Shown piece by piece: positions 52,906 to 64,000 of a stretch of 64,000 nucleotides of DNA. Source of the DNA: Sphagnum compactum (Eukaryota); assembly GCA_965153455.1 (NCBI GenBank), contig OZ234493.1:496001-560000 (forward strand), written 5' to 3'. The number at the start of each line of letters is the position of its first letter. The first letter of the stretch is position 1. The translations under genes and the position numbers were made by a program. The notes under the pieces are model-generated. The model did no database searches. It was not told where the DNA came from and saw only the letters and a program-made list of their open reading frames with translations.

Positions 52906-54689
52906 CAATTTCAATGTTTTTTTCAAAAATTCAAAAACCTAAAATCAACCTTGAACCATACTTTGGAAACATCCCAAAGTAAGGTTTAGAATTGGCCCCA
53001 TTTTGCAGATCATTAGGTTTCATAAAGCCTAAAGCCAATGACTTGAAATTAATAGATTACAAAATTGGATTCAACCCCATTATTGATGGGTTTTCACTTT
53101 TTAGAATTTTTTTGAAACTTGGAATTGAAAGGTCTTTAATTTTACAAGAAGATTCTAAATCTAAAACTGACTATTTTTTTTAAAAACAAAAATTGGCCAA
53201 CACCAATAACTACATAAATTTTAAGTGGACAATTGTATTATATGCAATTATGTAGAAAATATAAATGATTAGTGATTACTATGTAAAGTTAATAAACAAG
53301 TAAGGCACCTAATGATTATTAGGTGGGTATTTGCATGCATATGGTTAGTAGTTAATAGATAATTAAAGACCTTGGGTTAGATATGGGATAGGAGTAAAAT
53401 GAGAAAATGTTCCTTTCACACATGGTCCATCTATTGTGGTGTGCTAATGGGTGTTGGTTCAATGTGATTATTATTTTCAAATCCTATTATTTTCTTTGTT
53501 GTATTGAGTTTAAATGGAAACAAAAGTTAGAAACACCTTGTGCATGGTACACCAAAATTTCTATGGAGTAATGCCCAAGGACTAGGGCATTACAAATCAT
53601 AAAAACCAAACAAGCTTTTTCAAAATAAGGATTTTTTTTTTCAAAACAAGGAAAAGTTTGTAGGATGAACAATTGTTATTTAAATGGCTTGGGCTCCCAA
53701 CTTCTAGATGAAAAAGCTAATTATAGATGGTGAGGGGCATATAATGATTCAAATTTGTTTTGTGAAAAAAAAATGAAGTTAATTTTTTAAATTGTGTACC
53801 CTAAATTTCTTTTGGCCCTTCATAGGTCCTTTTTTTTGTCACCAAATGGCAAAGTTTTGCCATAGAAACATTTCAAATGCCATATTGTTGGCCACGCAAT
53901 GTTTTTTTTGGGCAAAATTTATTTCCAATCTTCTTCTTAAAGGTGTTTGGTCATTTTCAAGCACAATTTGGTCTTCATTAATCTTCTTCACATATCATAT
54001 CTTTAGTTTAAGCTCAAATAAGTTTTGTGTGGTTGGGTCTTGTTTTGTTGGAAGTACCATAAAATATTTTTAATGCATGTCCAATGTAAAATATAATATA
54101 TATAGAAATTCCAAATATATTGATATTAATTATGTGAATTTAGACAACTGAAATTGGGAATATGACAAACTCAATATATGATTCAAACATTATGCAAAAA
54201 ATAGGTTTGATATTATTATTATTTACTTGGTATTTAACTAGTGTTTAAATTTCTCAAAATATCATCAATTCTTTTTAAATACCCCAATTTTAGGTGTAAA
54301 TTTCATGAGTTAAATACTAAACTTCTTATATAATCGTCCATTTTTGGTCCATTTTAGACAACCAAAACTTGGTCAAAACTTTTATTAAACGTTAATGCAC
54401 ACTTTTGTTTCCAATATTGGCTTGTTTATTGTGTGTTGTTTCTAAATGGTGATGGCACCCCTAAGACTCCCACCGAGCTTCCAATTTCCACTTTTAATTT
54501 TTTGTCTCTTTTGTAGTGCCCAATCTAGTGCTACAAACACACCAACTTCATCATCTACTAATTCATCACCTAAGAATATGTTCTTCCTAAAATTATGCTT
54601 GTATTTTCTCTTTTACATTTGAAAATTTTGAGGAGAGTATTATTGTTTTTGAGCCCCCCACCCAAACCCCAAGTTACATTTGTAGATCT

Positions 54690-55430
54690 TGTAGAAGTTG
54701 GTCCTAGTGAACCAAAGAGGGGGTAGGGAAAAAAAGAATGATAATAGAAGTTGAATAAGGTTTACCATGAATGTTGGGATGCAAGATTTTGATGGTTTGA
54801 GCTTGTTTTGTTGGGAGTATGGGAATATGTGCATGGTTAGATGCAAGGTTTCTTGTGAAGTCAAAGGGAGGGACAAACTGTCTGTGCCTAAACTTGATTC
54901 CTTGATTAAACATTTAGGGATGAAAAAATGCATTTTTGTTATTAGACTTGGATTGGTTGTTGGGTAGTATTTTCTTTGACCTACTATATGCAGATATGAA
55001 AATGAAAAGTTGGTTGTAGCTAAAGACATAGTAGCTAAACAACTTGTGAATGGTGGCAATAAGGAGAGGAAAAATAAGTACATGTAGTTTGTGGCAATAT
55101 GGCATCTTCTCCAACAAGATCCTATGACAAATTTTGAAATGTTTAAGGGGTTTTTCTAGTTTCTAAAGGTGGAAATTTTCCCTCTCAAAAATTGGTTAGA
55201 TTCCACAAACTAGATGATGGTAGAGGCCATGCATAATGTTGTTTTGCAACCCATCAAAATTGTAATGTAGACTTCATAATTTATATCATTGAGTTGTGAT
55301 GAAATCATTACCATTGACAAACAAAGTTGGTTGATTATGCGTGATGTTTATGTGATAGAAGAATGAAAGAAGGTCCCCATTTTGTTAGGGTTGCAATGGG
55401 TAATAAGTGGGGTCATTTTTGACAATTAAT
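54690..55430 (+). mobile_element. Degenerate hAT-like (ZNF862-type) transposase fragment
   Basis: Pieced-together translation MVRCKV..EVKGRDKL.VPKLDSLIKH ... FVAIWHLLQQ..PMTNFE ... EAMHNVVL ... FISLSCDEIITIDKQSWL (first catalytic D region) ... VPILLGLQ, with multiple stops and frameshifts. Confidence 0.6.
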
Positions 55431-56026
55431 GTTGTTAACATTCAAATTATATGTGCATTGTTGGGGGCTTCTAGTATGACAAATGAGGAAAAGGTGTTGT
55501 TAGATCTTGATTTTACAAGAAACAAAAATGGTGGGAATAGGGTCAATTTGTGAATTCTCAAATGTTGGTATTTTCCATGGTACTTCAATTGATAATGAGG
55601 TCATTATCTAGTAGCTCTTAAGGAGGTTTTAGATGGAACCATTTGTTTATTTGTGGTAAATGAAGTAGATTATCGACACCATGAGTGTTTTTAGAATGTA
55701 TTAGGTACCCCGACAGTATGAGACTTTGAGTATGTATTACTATTGGGCACAATGTCAAGTGATGCTAGTAGTGGTAAATTTGTTTGATGAGGTCAAATTC
55801 ATAATATACTTTGTTATTGTGTGCTTTGCAAGTTGGAACTAAACTTTTAGTTAATTATGTTATCATTAAACATCCATTAGCTCCATCGTACTTCAAAATG
55901 CAGTACTCATCTTGCAACCAAGATACATGTATTTTTCAACTTATATATAGTTGTTTTTACCTTCAACTTATCTAGTTGAAATTACATCTCAACATGGAAC
56001 ACAAAGATGGCATTCCTCCCTTCCCA

Positions 56027-58899
56027 TTATGGAAGATATGTCATGAAGTCCATTGAAACACTCTCAAATGGCCCTAAGGGGATTGGGAGGGGCTTATACA
56101 ACCTAAACTTCTTTTTGTGTATTAACTTGGTGCTTTGGCACTTCACACATGTGCGGACATAATGTTTTACGTCTTCTTTCATTTTAGGCCAATAGATTGT
56201 CTTACTTAACAACTATCTTGTTGTTTTCTCTCCATGGTGTCCTACCATGGGTGCATCATGCACAAGGTGATTTATTGAGGCCAATGTATCTGTGTTCCAT
56301 TAAGTCATTTATTTGAACTATGAGGTCTTGTGACTTTTTTTTATTAAGCCAGTAGGGTGACTTAGAAAGTGGTGTTGATTTAGGCACCACCTCAATTTTA
56401 TGGTTCATATTACAAGAAAGAAATAGATGTTTAGGGAGCTCATCTGTTAAAAATGTCCAAAAATTTATTAATTATGTTGGAAATACAAATAGGCCAAAAC
56501 TTAACACCTTTGGCTTTAGACTTGGCACTAGATTCATCCGCATGCATAAGAATTTAAAATGTCTCTTATAATTCTTGCAAGGAGACCAAATGAATACCTA
56601 CCTTAACTAAATTAACATGGTATTCAATTTTTAAATTGATAGACCTATTTACTAGTTTAGTAATAACTATTAACTTAGGGCCTCTTTTCAAAATATCTAC
56701 ATGGTAAGCATCTAAAAAAGGGTTCCCTAAGATGGTCACAATGCCATCCAAAGCATAGATTGTGAAGTTCTTTGTAAACTTTGCGTTGCCACATTCCAAA
56801 ACAACCCCAAACACCACTTTGTTTGTCGGTGTTGCGATTTTTTGTGCTAATTGGACCTTAATGGGTTTGGCCACCTTTGTAGCCACCCACCCGAATCACG
56901 TTATTACACTTGAGCTCACAAATGAGTGTGTGGCCCCTAAATCTAAAAGACACAATAACCCATTAATTCTTACTTCAAATTTAAGTAAAGCCCAACTTGG
57001 CCACATTCGCCCTTGCAGTAAACTCCCCTTGTGCCCAATCTTGCTTTACCTTTTTGCAATCCTTGGCAAAGTGACCTAACTCCTTGTAGTTGAAGCATTA
57101 GACTATGGCAACATCTCGCAGCTTTTTTTCCGTTGAGGTCTTTTTGTCCTTAGGTGGGTTCTTATCCCACTTCCTTTTTTGGCCCTTCCTTGGGCCACTT
57201 GCAATCTGCGCTATGCTCTTAATATTCATTCTCATTGTGAGTTGCAAGACTTGCGACGTACTCGCCTTTTGTGCATGGAGTCATCTTCCATGCACTTCGT
57301 AACCTTCATCATTTCTTGACAAGTTGTGGGAATTTCATTTTTTTGCTGACATTATGAACCCAAGGCTGCAAGCCATGAAAGAAAACCACCTTTTGTGCAT
57401 ATTCCTCTTTCATTGAAATGAAGCTTAGTAGAGACGCAAAGGTTTGGACATAGCTCCCCACTGTTTCGATTCAACATATTAGCACAAGCTTAGTAGTTCT
57501 TGCCCATCCTTTAAAATCTACTTGTGGGGGGTGAATTTTTCGTTCGGTTTGGCCATGAACGCGCTTCAAGGTAAAGTCCCCATTAAGTGTGGTTTAGCAT
57601 CCTTTTGTGTCATCCACCATTTTAAGGCATGGTCTTTCAAAAGAAACTACACCAACCTTAGCCAATCAACATCCGTGTTCATTCCTTGGGATTCAAAATA
57701 GGCCTCCACTTAGAGGGCCCACTGTCTTACCCTTTTTGGCTTAATGTCCTTTCCCATGAAAGGATCCAACATTTGGGTCTTCACGGCCTTTGCAGCTTTT
57801 TCGCTTGACCCAGCCCCCTTCTCCTTTTGAGCCTCTCACAGCTCCAAGGTGAATTGCACGTTGGTCTTTCTTTCACTAAACACCAAGGTTTGCAACACCT
57901 TTATGGCCTTAGCCATGGCATGCATGGAAACTGGGAAGGAACCTTTTTGTTTTGAAGGACCCTAATCTTGGCCCATTCTAATTCGAGCTCCACTCAAGCC
58001 ACCTTCTCTACGATTTGGAGGATCTCCTTGACCTCAAGTGGAGCCTTGCTTCTTGGGCTTCTTTTGCCACTTGGGCCTCTTTAGCCTCCTTGGCCTTTTT
58101 CACCTCCTCAACACGTTTCCCAACTTGTTGTTCAAGATCAGCTTTTCTAGAATATTAACACGTTCCAAGTCCTCTTTTCCTTCATCATTCAAATCCAAAG
58201 AATTGGAAAAAGATTAAACTTGCTCCACCACATGGAGGTTGTCTTTGGAGGCTTCCCCCTTGGAAGACTACTTTTAAGTTGATGCCCTTCCATTCGTACT
58301 TCTCGATTTGAGGGGCCCATAGGTCTTTTCCTTCTCACCTTTAAGTGTCTTGGGAAGCTTTTTGACGAAATCTAGATCGATCGCATCCAACTTAATTGCT
58401 TACTTGGCCTCGTAGGTCTTTTTTGTAGTAGCCTTTTTTGCCTTGACCACTACCATTTCCACCTTGGTCCGGCATGAGTGTTTTACAACAAGGGACACAA
58501 CAATTGTTTCTTTTTCGATCTTATTGCTCACCAAATCAAGGTATAATTGGTTCACTCAAAAAGGTATATCGGGAAAGGGGTGTTGACATGCCCTTTCCCA
58601 CTTGTTGCCTTGCATTCCACGCGCCTTGCTAAGCTCCTTTCGTGTTGACTCCTTTAGCTCCTAGCTACCTCTGCACCCAACAACACACTTTGTTAGTCTT
58701 AAAGTCCCAACTACTCAGGACAGACTCAAACTTTCTGTTTAGATTCGTTAGACCCTTCTGTAAAGACTAAGTCTTAGTCTAACTAAAGAAAGCCATGGGC
58801 CCGACTCCTAGAGCCAACCCTAACGCCTTAAAGTTGAACTAGTTTTTCTAATCGTCCCGAGTGTTTTAGGAAGTTTGTTCCCTTGGGTGACCCGCGACA
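56027..58899 (-). mobile_element. Internally deleted Ty3/gypsy remnant (gag, zinc knuckle, protease, integrase N-terminus)
   Basis: Minus strand: gag-like DPFMGKD...VEAYFESQG...HALKWW at about 57780-57600. Knuckle CFNYKELGHFAKDC at about 57100-57055. Protease LLCLLDLGATHSFVSS at about 56960-56910. Integrase HHCC HDAPMVGHHG...YWPKMKEDVKHYVRTCVKCQ...PFESVSMDF at 56260-56027. No RT or RNase H seen. Possible LTR start TGTCGCG at 58899. Confidence 0.85.
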
Positions 58900-59754
58900 A
58901 CACTTAATCATTTGTTGACGATTGTAAGGGGATAATGCCTCACACTATAGTCATGAAGACAACCCCTTGTCGTCTTCTTGGCTAGTGAGAACCCAAACTC
59001 CTGCCTTAGCCCATCAAGACCCTGAAGTCCAAACGTATCTTGATTCTTAAAGGAGTCTAACCTCGTGGAGCCATTTTTGGCCTCACTTTCATATCACCGT
59101 AATGCCCCACTAAGGTGGTCTCGATATGAAGCCCACATTCGCTTAAGAGACTTCTTAAGCTGAAGGGCATGTCAAGTGATTTTGGTAAGATGGTGCATTT
59201 CAATCCAACAAGGGTCCCAACAATTTCAGTCAAGCATGCTCCTAAGAACTGTCGAGCTCCAGGTTAGAGCAAGTTTCATCAAAGTTTTGTTAGTTTTTGA
59301 TTTGGTGTTTCAAGTTTTGTCGACGTTTTGCTGGTTTTTTTATTCGTCCTTCTTGCAAAAATATCCCAATCCAATCACCATCCAAATTGGTGTATTTGTG
59401 GTGTTAGTTCACTTTGGCATGTTGCAAGTGGAAAATGCTTTGTTAAAGAGTTGTTAGCTAGTTTCCAAGGACAAAAATATGAAGTTTTGGCAAATTTGTT
59501 GTCATTTTTTTGGTTTTGTGCATTCTTTTGTTGTCTATTTTTAGCCCCATATCTTCCTCGTTTTTAATCCGTTTTGAGTGAATGAAAACCTGATGGGTGC
59601 ATCAACTAAGACTTTACAAAACTTCTTGGTATTCCAAAGGCAAAGATGCAACGATCAAAGGCAATGATACAACAATCAAAGGTTTTAAGCTTGAAATCTC
59701 AATTTGTTTATTTCACCCATCACCAAACATTGAACCCCCTAATGTCAAACATCC

Positions 59755-59922
59755 TATGTCCTCCCCATTCCTTTATCAAGTTGAGCAAATTTTGGGGTGT
59801 TGGAAGCACTAAGTGGAGGGCTACAAATATTCTTTCAGTATGTCTTCCCCATTCCTTTATCAAGTTGAGCAAATTTTGGGGTGTTGGAAGCACTAAGTGG
59901 AGGGCTACAAATATTCTTTCAG
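59755..59922. repeat. 84-bp tandem duplication
   Basis: 59755-59838 and 59839-59922 are near-identical (one visible mismatch, TGTCCTCCCC vs TGTCTTCCCC). Confidence 0.95.
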
Positions 59923-62786
59923 CTTCAAAAGCAGAGGAACAATGTGTGAGGATTCAACCTCCTTTGAGTTCTTAAATTTCACTCACCGACCTATCTACCC
60001 TTGTGTGTACACCATGCATTCAATCTCTCTTTCAAATGGGTTTTTGTTTGGGTTATGTGATCACTTGTGCTTCCACCAAAGGATATTACGAGTAAGATAT
60101 GGGGGGGATATTGTCAACAAGTCTCAATTTTTGATGCTGCAGGATTTTAGTTTCAGAAGAAAACGACACACCAATAAAATGTCATGGATGGGTTGTGTTT
60201 GCAAACTAAGGATTTTTTATCAATGCTTGAAACTGACAAATGAATGTTGGATTTTGGCAAGTCTGTGTATTCCCTAGTTTCTGACTTCTTTCTTTTGGTT
60301 GTACTCTGGCTTCACGGATCCTTTGGTTAAATGGAGGAGTCGCGGCTCCAGCCTCAATGATTATAATCTGTTTCTCTGGCCCCACCTTTCCCCGCCCCCT
60401 TTCCCCCAATCTTTTTCATTCAGTACACATGTTGAGTTCCCATTGGTCTTCTTTCCAGTTTGCAACCAGTTTTGTTGCATCCACATTTTGGAAGAAAGGC
60501 CATGCTTACACACACACACACACATATGTCTCATTCTGTTGTTCAACGCTTGACCCATTTTCATTTTTCAAGAAGGCAACAAGGAAGGGAATGAAATCTT
60601 ACTTTTACCTTATTATTCTCCCCTTCATTCAATTCATGCCAAAATTCCAAATCCCTATGCATACCTTCCCCTGTTTTTCTTTTTTTTTTCTTTTTCTTTC
60701 ACCCAATAATCCAAATATTTTCCCACTAAAAAAGTCTCCTCTCTTAGTTAAGCCCCCCCTCCCCAAAAGGACAAAAACTTCCCCCCACCAACCCACCTAC
60801 CAACCAAAAAAGCCCCAAGAAAGGGGGTAAGTGGTACTTACCAATAAGCTTACCCCCCAAAAATGTGTGGCACAGTAACAAAACAAACAAGGGATGCATC
60901 ACACTGTGTCCTTGCCATTCTCATTAAAACGTATCTTAAGGCAAAAGAGGAATTATGGAAATTCAAATATTTCACCACGCAAAAATATAATTTTCAAAAA
61001 AATCCTCTAAAAGAAACCAAAATCCTTCAAGATATCACAACTCTATAACTAATCTCAAGTTTCAACACAAGCCAAAATATCATCTTTCAAAAATCTTCCT
61101 ATGGAAATAGACCTACTACCTAGGGGCCAAAATCCCTTAAGCTACTATACTCTATAATGAATCTAAACACAAAAATCCATGCCTTGGTAAGCAAGGCCAA
61201 CAAAAGGTAAAGTGAAGAATTATTATCACTTAATTCAGGAAGCTGGCAACCATTTTTGTTTGATACTTTCACAAATCTCGTGTGTGCATGCCCCCTACGA
61301 ACACATATGTTCAATCTCTCTTTAGTTTTTTGAATCCTCGGAAACTGACAAGTAGAAGAGCACTATGTGCACCTGGGGATACTACACAACCACATGTGCA
61401 AATTGCCTGTGAACAACCTGGAGGAAAACTGGACACTCACGGCATTTTGTCAATCAATTGAAAGTCACAGAGTTAATTCATGAAGGTAAAAAACCTTAAC
61501 ACCTGCACATTGTCAATCAATTAGAAAGTAATGAATTTTGTGAGGGTGATTTACTACTCCATGTGCACACACACACACACACACACTCATGCATTGTCAA
61601 TCAATTAATGAAAACTAGCAAGTTTTTGTGAGGGTGAAACTCTGGATGTGCACAAAAGCTCATGGAAAGTAGTTACTAGTGAGTACTGTTGCTCAACAAT
61701 AAACAGTTGATAAGTTGATGCCCGCTGATGAACATTGTAAGGACGCTTTTGTTTAAGTTGATTATGTAACCCTTCCAAGTTATTGTTGTTGTTGGTTTCA
61801 TTTATTATGCCCAAGGGTGGTTTGAATGGGTAACTCTAGGTTCTTTCTTGTACCTAATCAAAAGAGAGAAGGAGACATTAGTTGTATTTAATTCTAACTC
61901 AATTATTAGTCTTTGTAAACGTGTGGATTAGTTATTTTTAGTTCTCAAGACTCAAGTCATCACAAAGGGAGTGTTAATAAGTTTTTCAAAGTTCCAATCA
62001 CCCTTTGTTTTAATCAATCTAGTTTATTTACCTACCTGCTCTTAATTTATTGGGTTCTTCTTCTTCTTCTCCTCCTCCTTCTTTTTCTTAATATCTTCTC
62101 AATTATTACACAGCTAATAGTTGGTGATGGTGTGAACCTTAAACCCTGAGTTAAGGTTATTGCCCATGTATTTATTGACACCCAGAGTGCACCAACAGCC
62201 ACCAGTGCAACATGAGGGACTGAAAGTGGGGCAATATATTTTTCCCCACTTTTGTGATGTTGTAGAGTAAGTGATCATCCATAGACTGATTTAGCCAAAT
62301 TTGGCTATTAAAAAATATGAAGGGAAAATTTTTAATGTCCTCACACATTTTTGGCTACTCACTTGAACCTTGTTTAGAAATCCGGATTTTTTTATTTTTT
62401 TATTTTCAATTTTGATTGCTTGCAAAAAAAATAATTCAGAACTGTGAAAATAATGAAGGGAAAATTTTTAATGTCCTTACACATTTTTGGCTACCCACTT
62501 GAACCATATATAGAAATCTGGATTTTTTTATGATTTTTTGTTCTAACTGTGATTATTTGCAAAAACAAATTCAGAACAGTTCAAAATTTCACACCAAAAT
62601 AGGTGGGTGGACAAGAAATATTTTTCAGATTAGCTTCCATTTTCTATTAGCTAACCACAGTGGTCAGCTCAGTTTCAGTTTTCAAAACTTACCTACTAAC
62701 AACCCACCAGCCCTTACCTATGTACTAACCATCATCATTGTCTATGTACTAACCATGTACAATGCATCCACTGACCTAAAAATTAC

Positions 62787-62990
62787 CTAGTATCATACCC
62801 TACTTACCTATGGGTATAACACCTACTTACCTATAAAAAATCATCTAGTATCATACCTACTAACCTATGGGTACAACAGCTACTTATCCATAAAAAATCA
62901 TCTAGGGTAGTATCATGCCTACTTACCTATGGGTATAACATCTACTTACCTAAAAAAAATCATCTAGTATCATACCCACTTACCTATAGG
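62787..62990. repeat. Tandem repeat of about 57 bp, roughly 3.5 copies
   Basis: CTAGTATCATACCTACTTACCTATGGGTATAACACCTACTTACCTATAAAAAATCAT recurs with small variants. Confidence 0.85.
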
Positions 62991-63544
62991 ACCTACCAAG
63001 GTGAAACCCAACGGTCAACTTACTTAGTTAGTTAGGGTTCATCCATTCACATCTGATTCATAACACATCCATCCATTCTCTGGTGCACAGGTTGGTTGTT
63101 GGGTCACTCTTTGCCCATAGTTGATGACTTTTGTTTTCTGCTTTTGCTAAACAATAAAAGGTAGTTTGCTGGTCTATGTGAGTGCCATAGTAAAAGCATA
63201 TCTCTCTCTGCAATATCTGGGCAGAGAAGAAGCCCATTCAGGAGTTATTACAAGGATATAAATCATTTAAAAGGACTCAGACATTGAGATTTTGCTTTTT
63301 CAGAAATCACTCATTGTTCACTATAAGTGTCCATAGCTTGTGTAGGTAGGTGTAGGTAGGTACCTCTGAGACTGACAAAAACACCTAAAGTTAACCATAG
63401 TTCTATCGACCTACCACCTGGTTAGTAGCCTGGGTCCTGGAGGCGAGACGTGCTTGTTGTACCTAGTCCAGAATGGGCCAGGCCAAGCCAATTCCAGTAA
63501 GTAACCCAATTGGTTTGGTTATTGTGGAATGTCCAATCTCTAAA

Positions 63545-63759
63545 GGCCTGTTCACACTTGGTGTTAGGGACTAACCATTTTAGTCCCCTAACACCAGGCT
63601 AACCATTTAGGACTTGAACTTAGTTATCATGAAAATTTTAGGTTATAGCTAACATTCACTTAACATTAAGTTATCACCCATTTAACATTGGGTGCCACCT
63701 AGGATGCCACCTAGATTTTCATTTTTTAACACTGACTTACCATCAAGTGTGAATGCACC
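63545..63759. mobile_element. MITE, PIF/Harbinger (Tourist)-like, copy 2 (inverted relative to 4434-4643)
   Basis: GGCCTGTTCACACTTGGTGTT ... CATCAAGTGTGAATGCACC. Internal GGGTGCCACCTAGGATGCCACCTAGATTTTCATT is the reverse complement of about 4466-4499. Confidence 0.85.
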
Positions 63760-64000
63760 ATGATTGTGAGCCCTTGTTATGTATGAGTATGATAGAATAA
63801 AGGCATTACAAGTTTGTAATCTGCCAATTTCAGATCATTCTGGTTCTCAGGTATTTATGGTTGTTTGCTTTTTTTGGTAATTATTTTGTTGTTGGGATCT
63901 CGTTCCGTGTGAACAGGGTTTGGGGTTTTTTGTATTAAGGGAATATTTCCTTAATGGGTGTCTCTATAATCTCTTAACAATGTTGGGCACGATCGAGTAG

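Noticed and set aside
60299-60830. 157-aa ORF and neighbours
   Set aside because: Composition driven by a CA microsatellite and homopolymer runs; no coding signature.
62317-62530. Duplicated segment with about 136-nt spacing
   Set aside because: Local duplication inside a common AT-rich dispersed repeat (related pieces at about 1-200 and 6055-6320); nothing to suggest function.

Overview
AT-rich, repeat-dense eukaryotic nuclear DNA from a land plant. The repeat families and small introns suggest a bryophyte, probably Sphagnum-like (inference). There are two intact protein-coding genes, arranged convergently. The first is an intronless gene (18867-20240, +) of the At4g22030-like / 'petal formation-expressed' family. 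Its protein is built from two tandem two-helix membrane modules that resemble SLATT-type 2TM effector domains. The second is a mitochondrial-type citrate synthase with at least 18 exons (22322-27943, -); it has one probable GC-AG intron and an unresolved first exon. A decayed tandem paralog of the first gene (7217-8218) keeps a recognisably homologous promoter. That promoter carries a 64-bp minisatellite and a mutated TATA box, and the paralog's 3' end is cut by a Ty3/gypsy remnant. The rest of the window is transposon debris: three gypsy remnants (one with RT fused directly to a chromodomain), CRE-like and RTE/RTEX-like LINE fragments, a hAT-like transposase relic, several non-autonomous CACTA elements (two with intact 3-bp TSDs), Tourist-like MITEs, foldback hairpins and simple repeats. 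No rRNA, tRNA or CRISPR was recognised.
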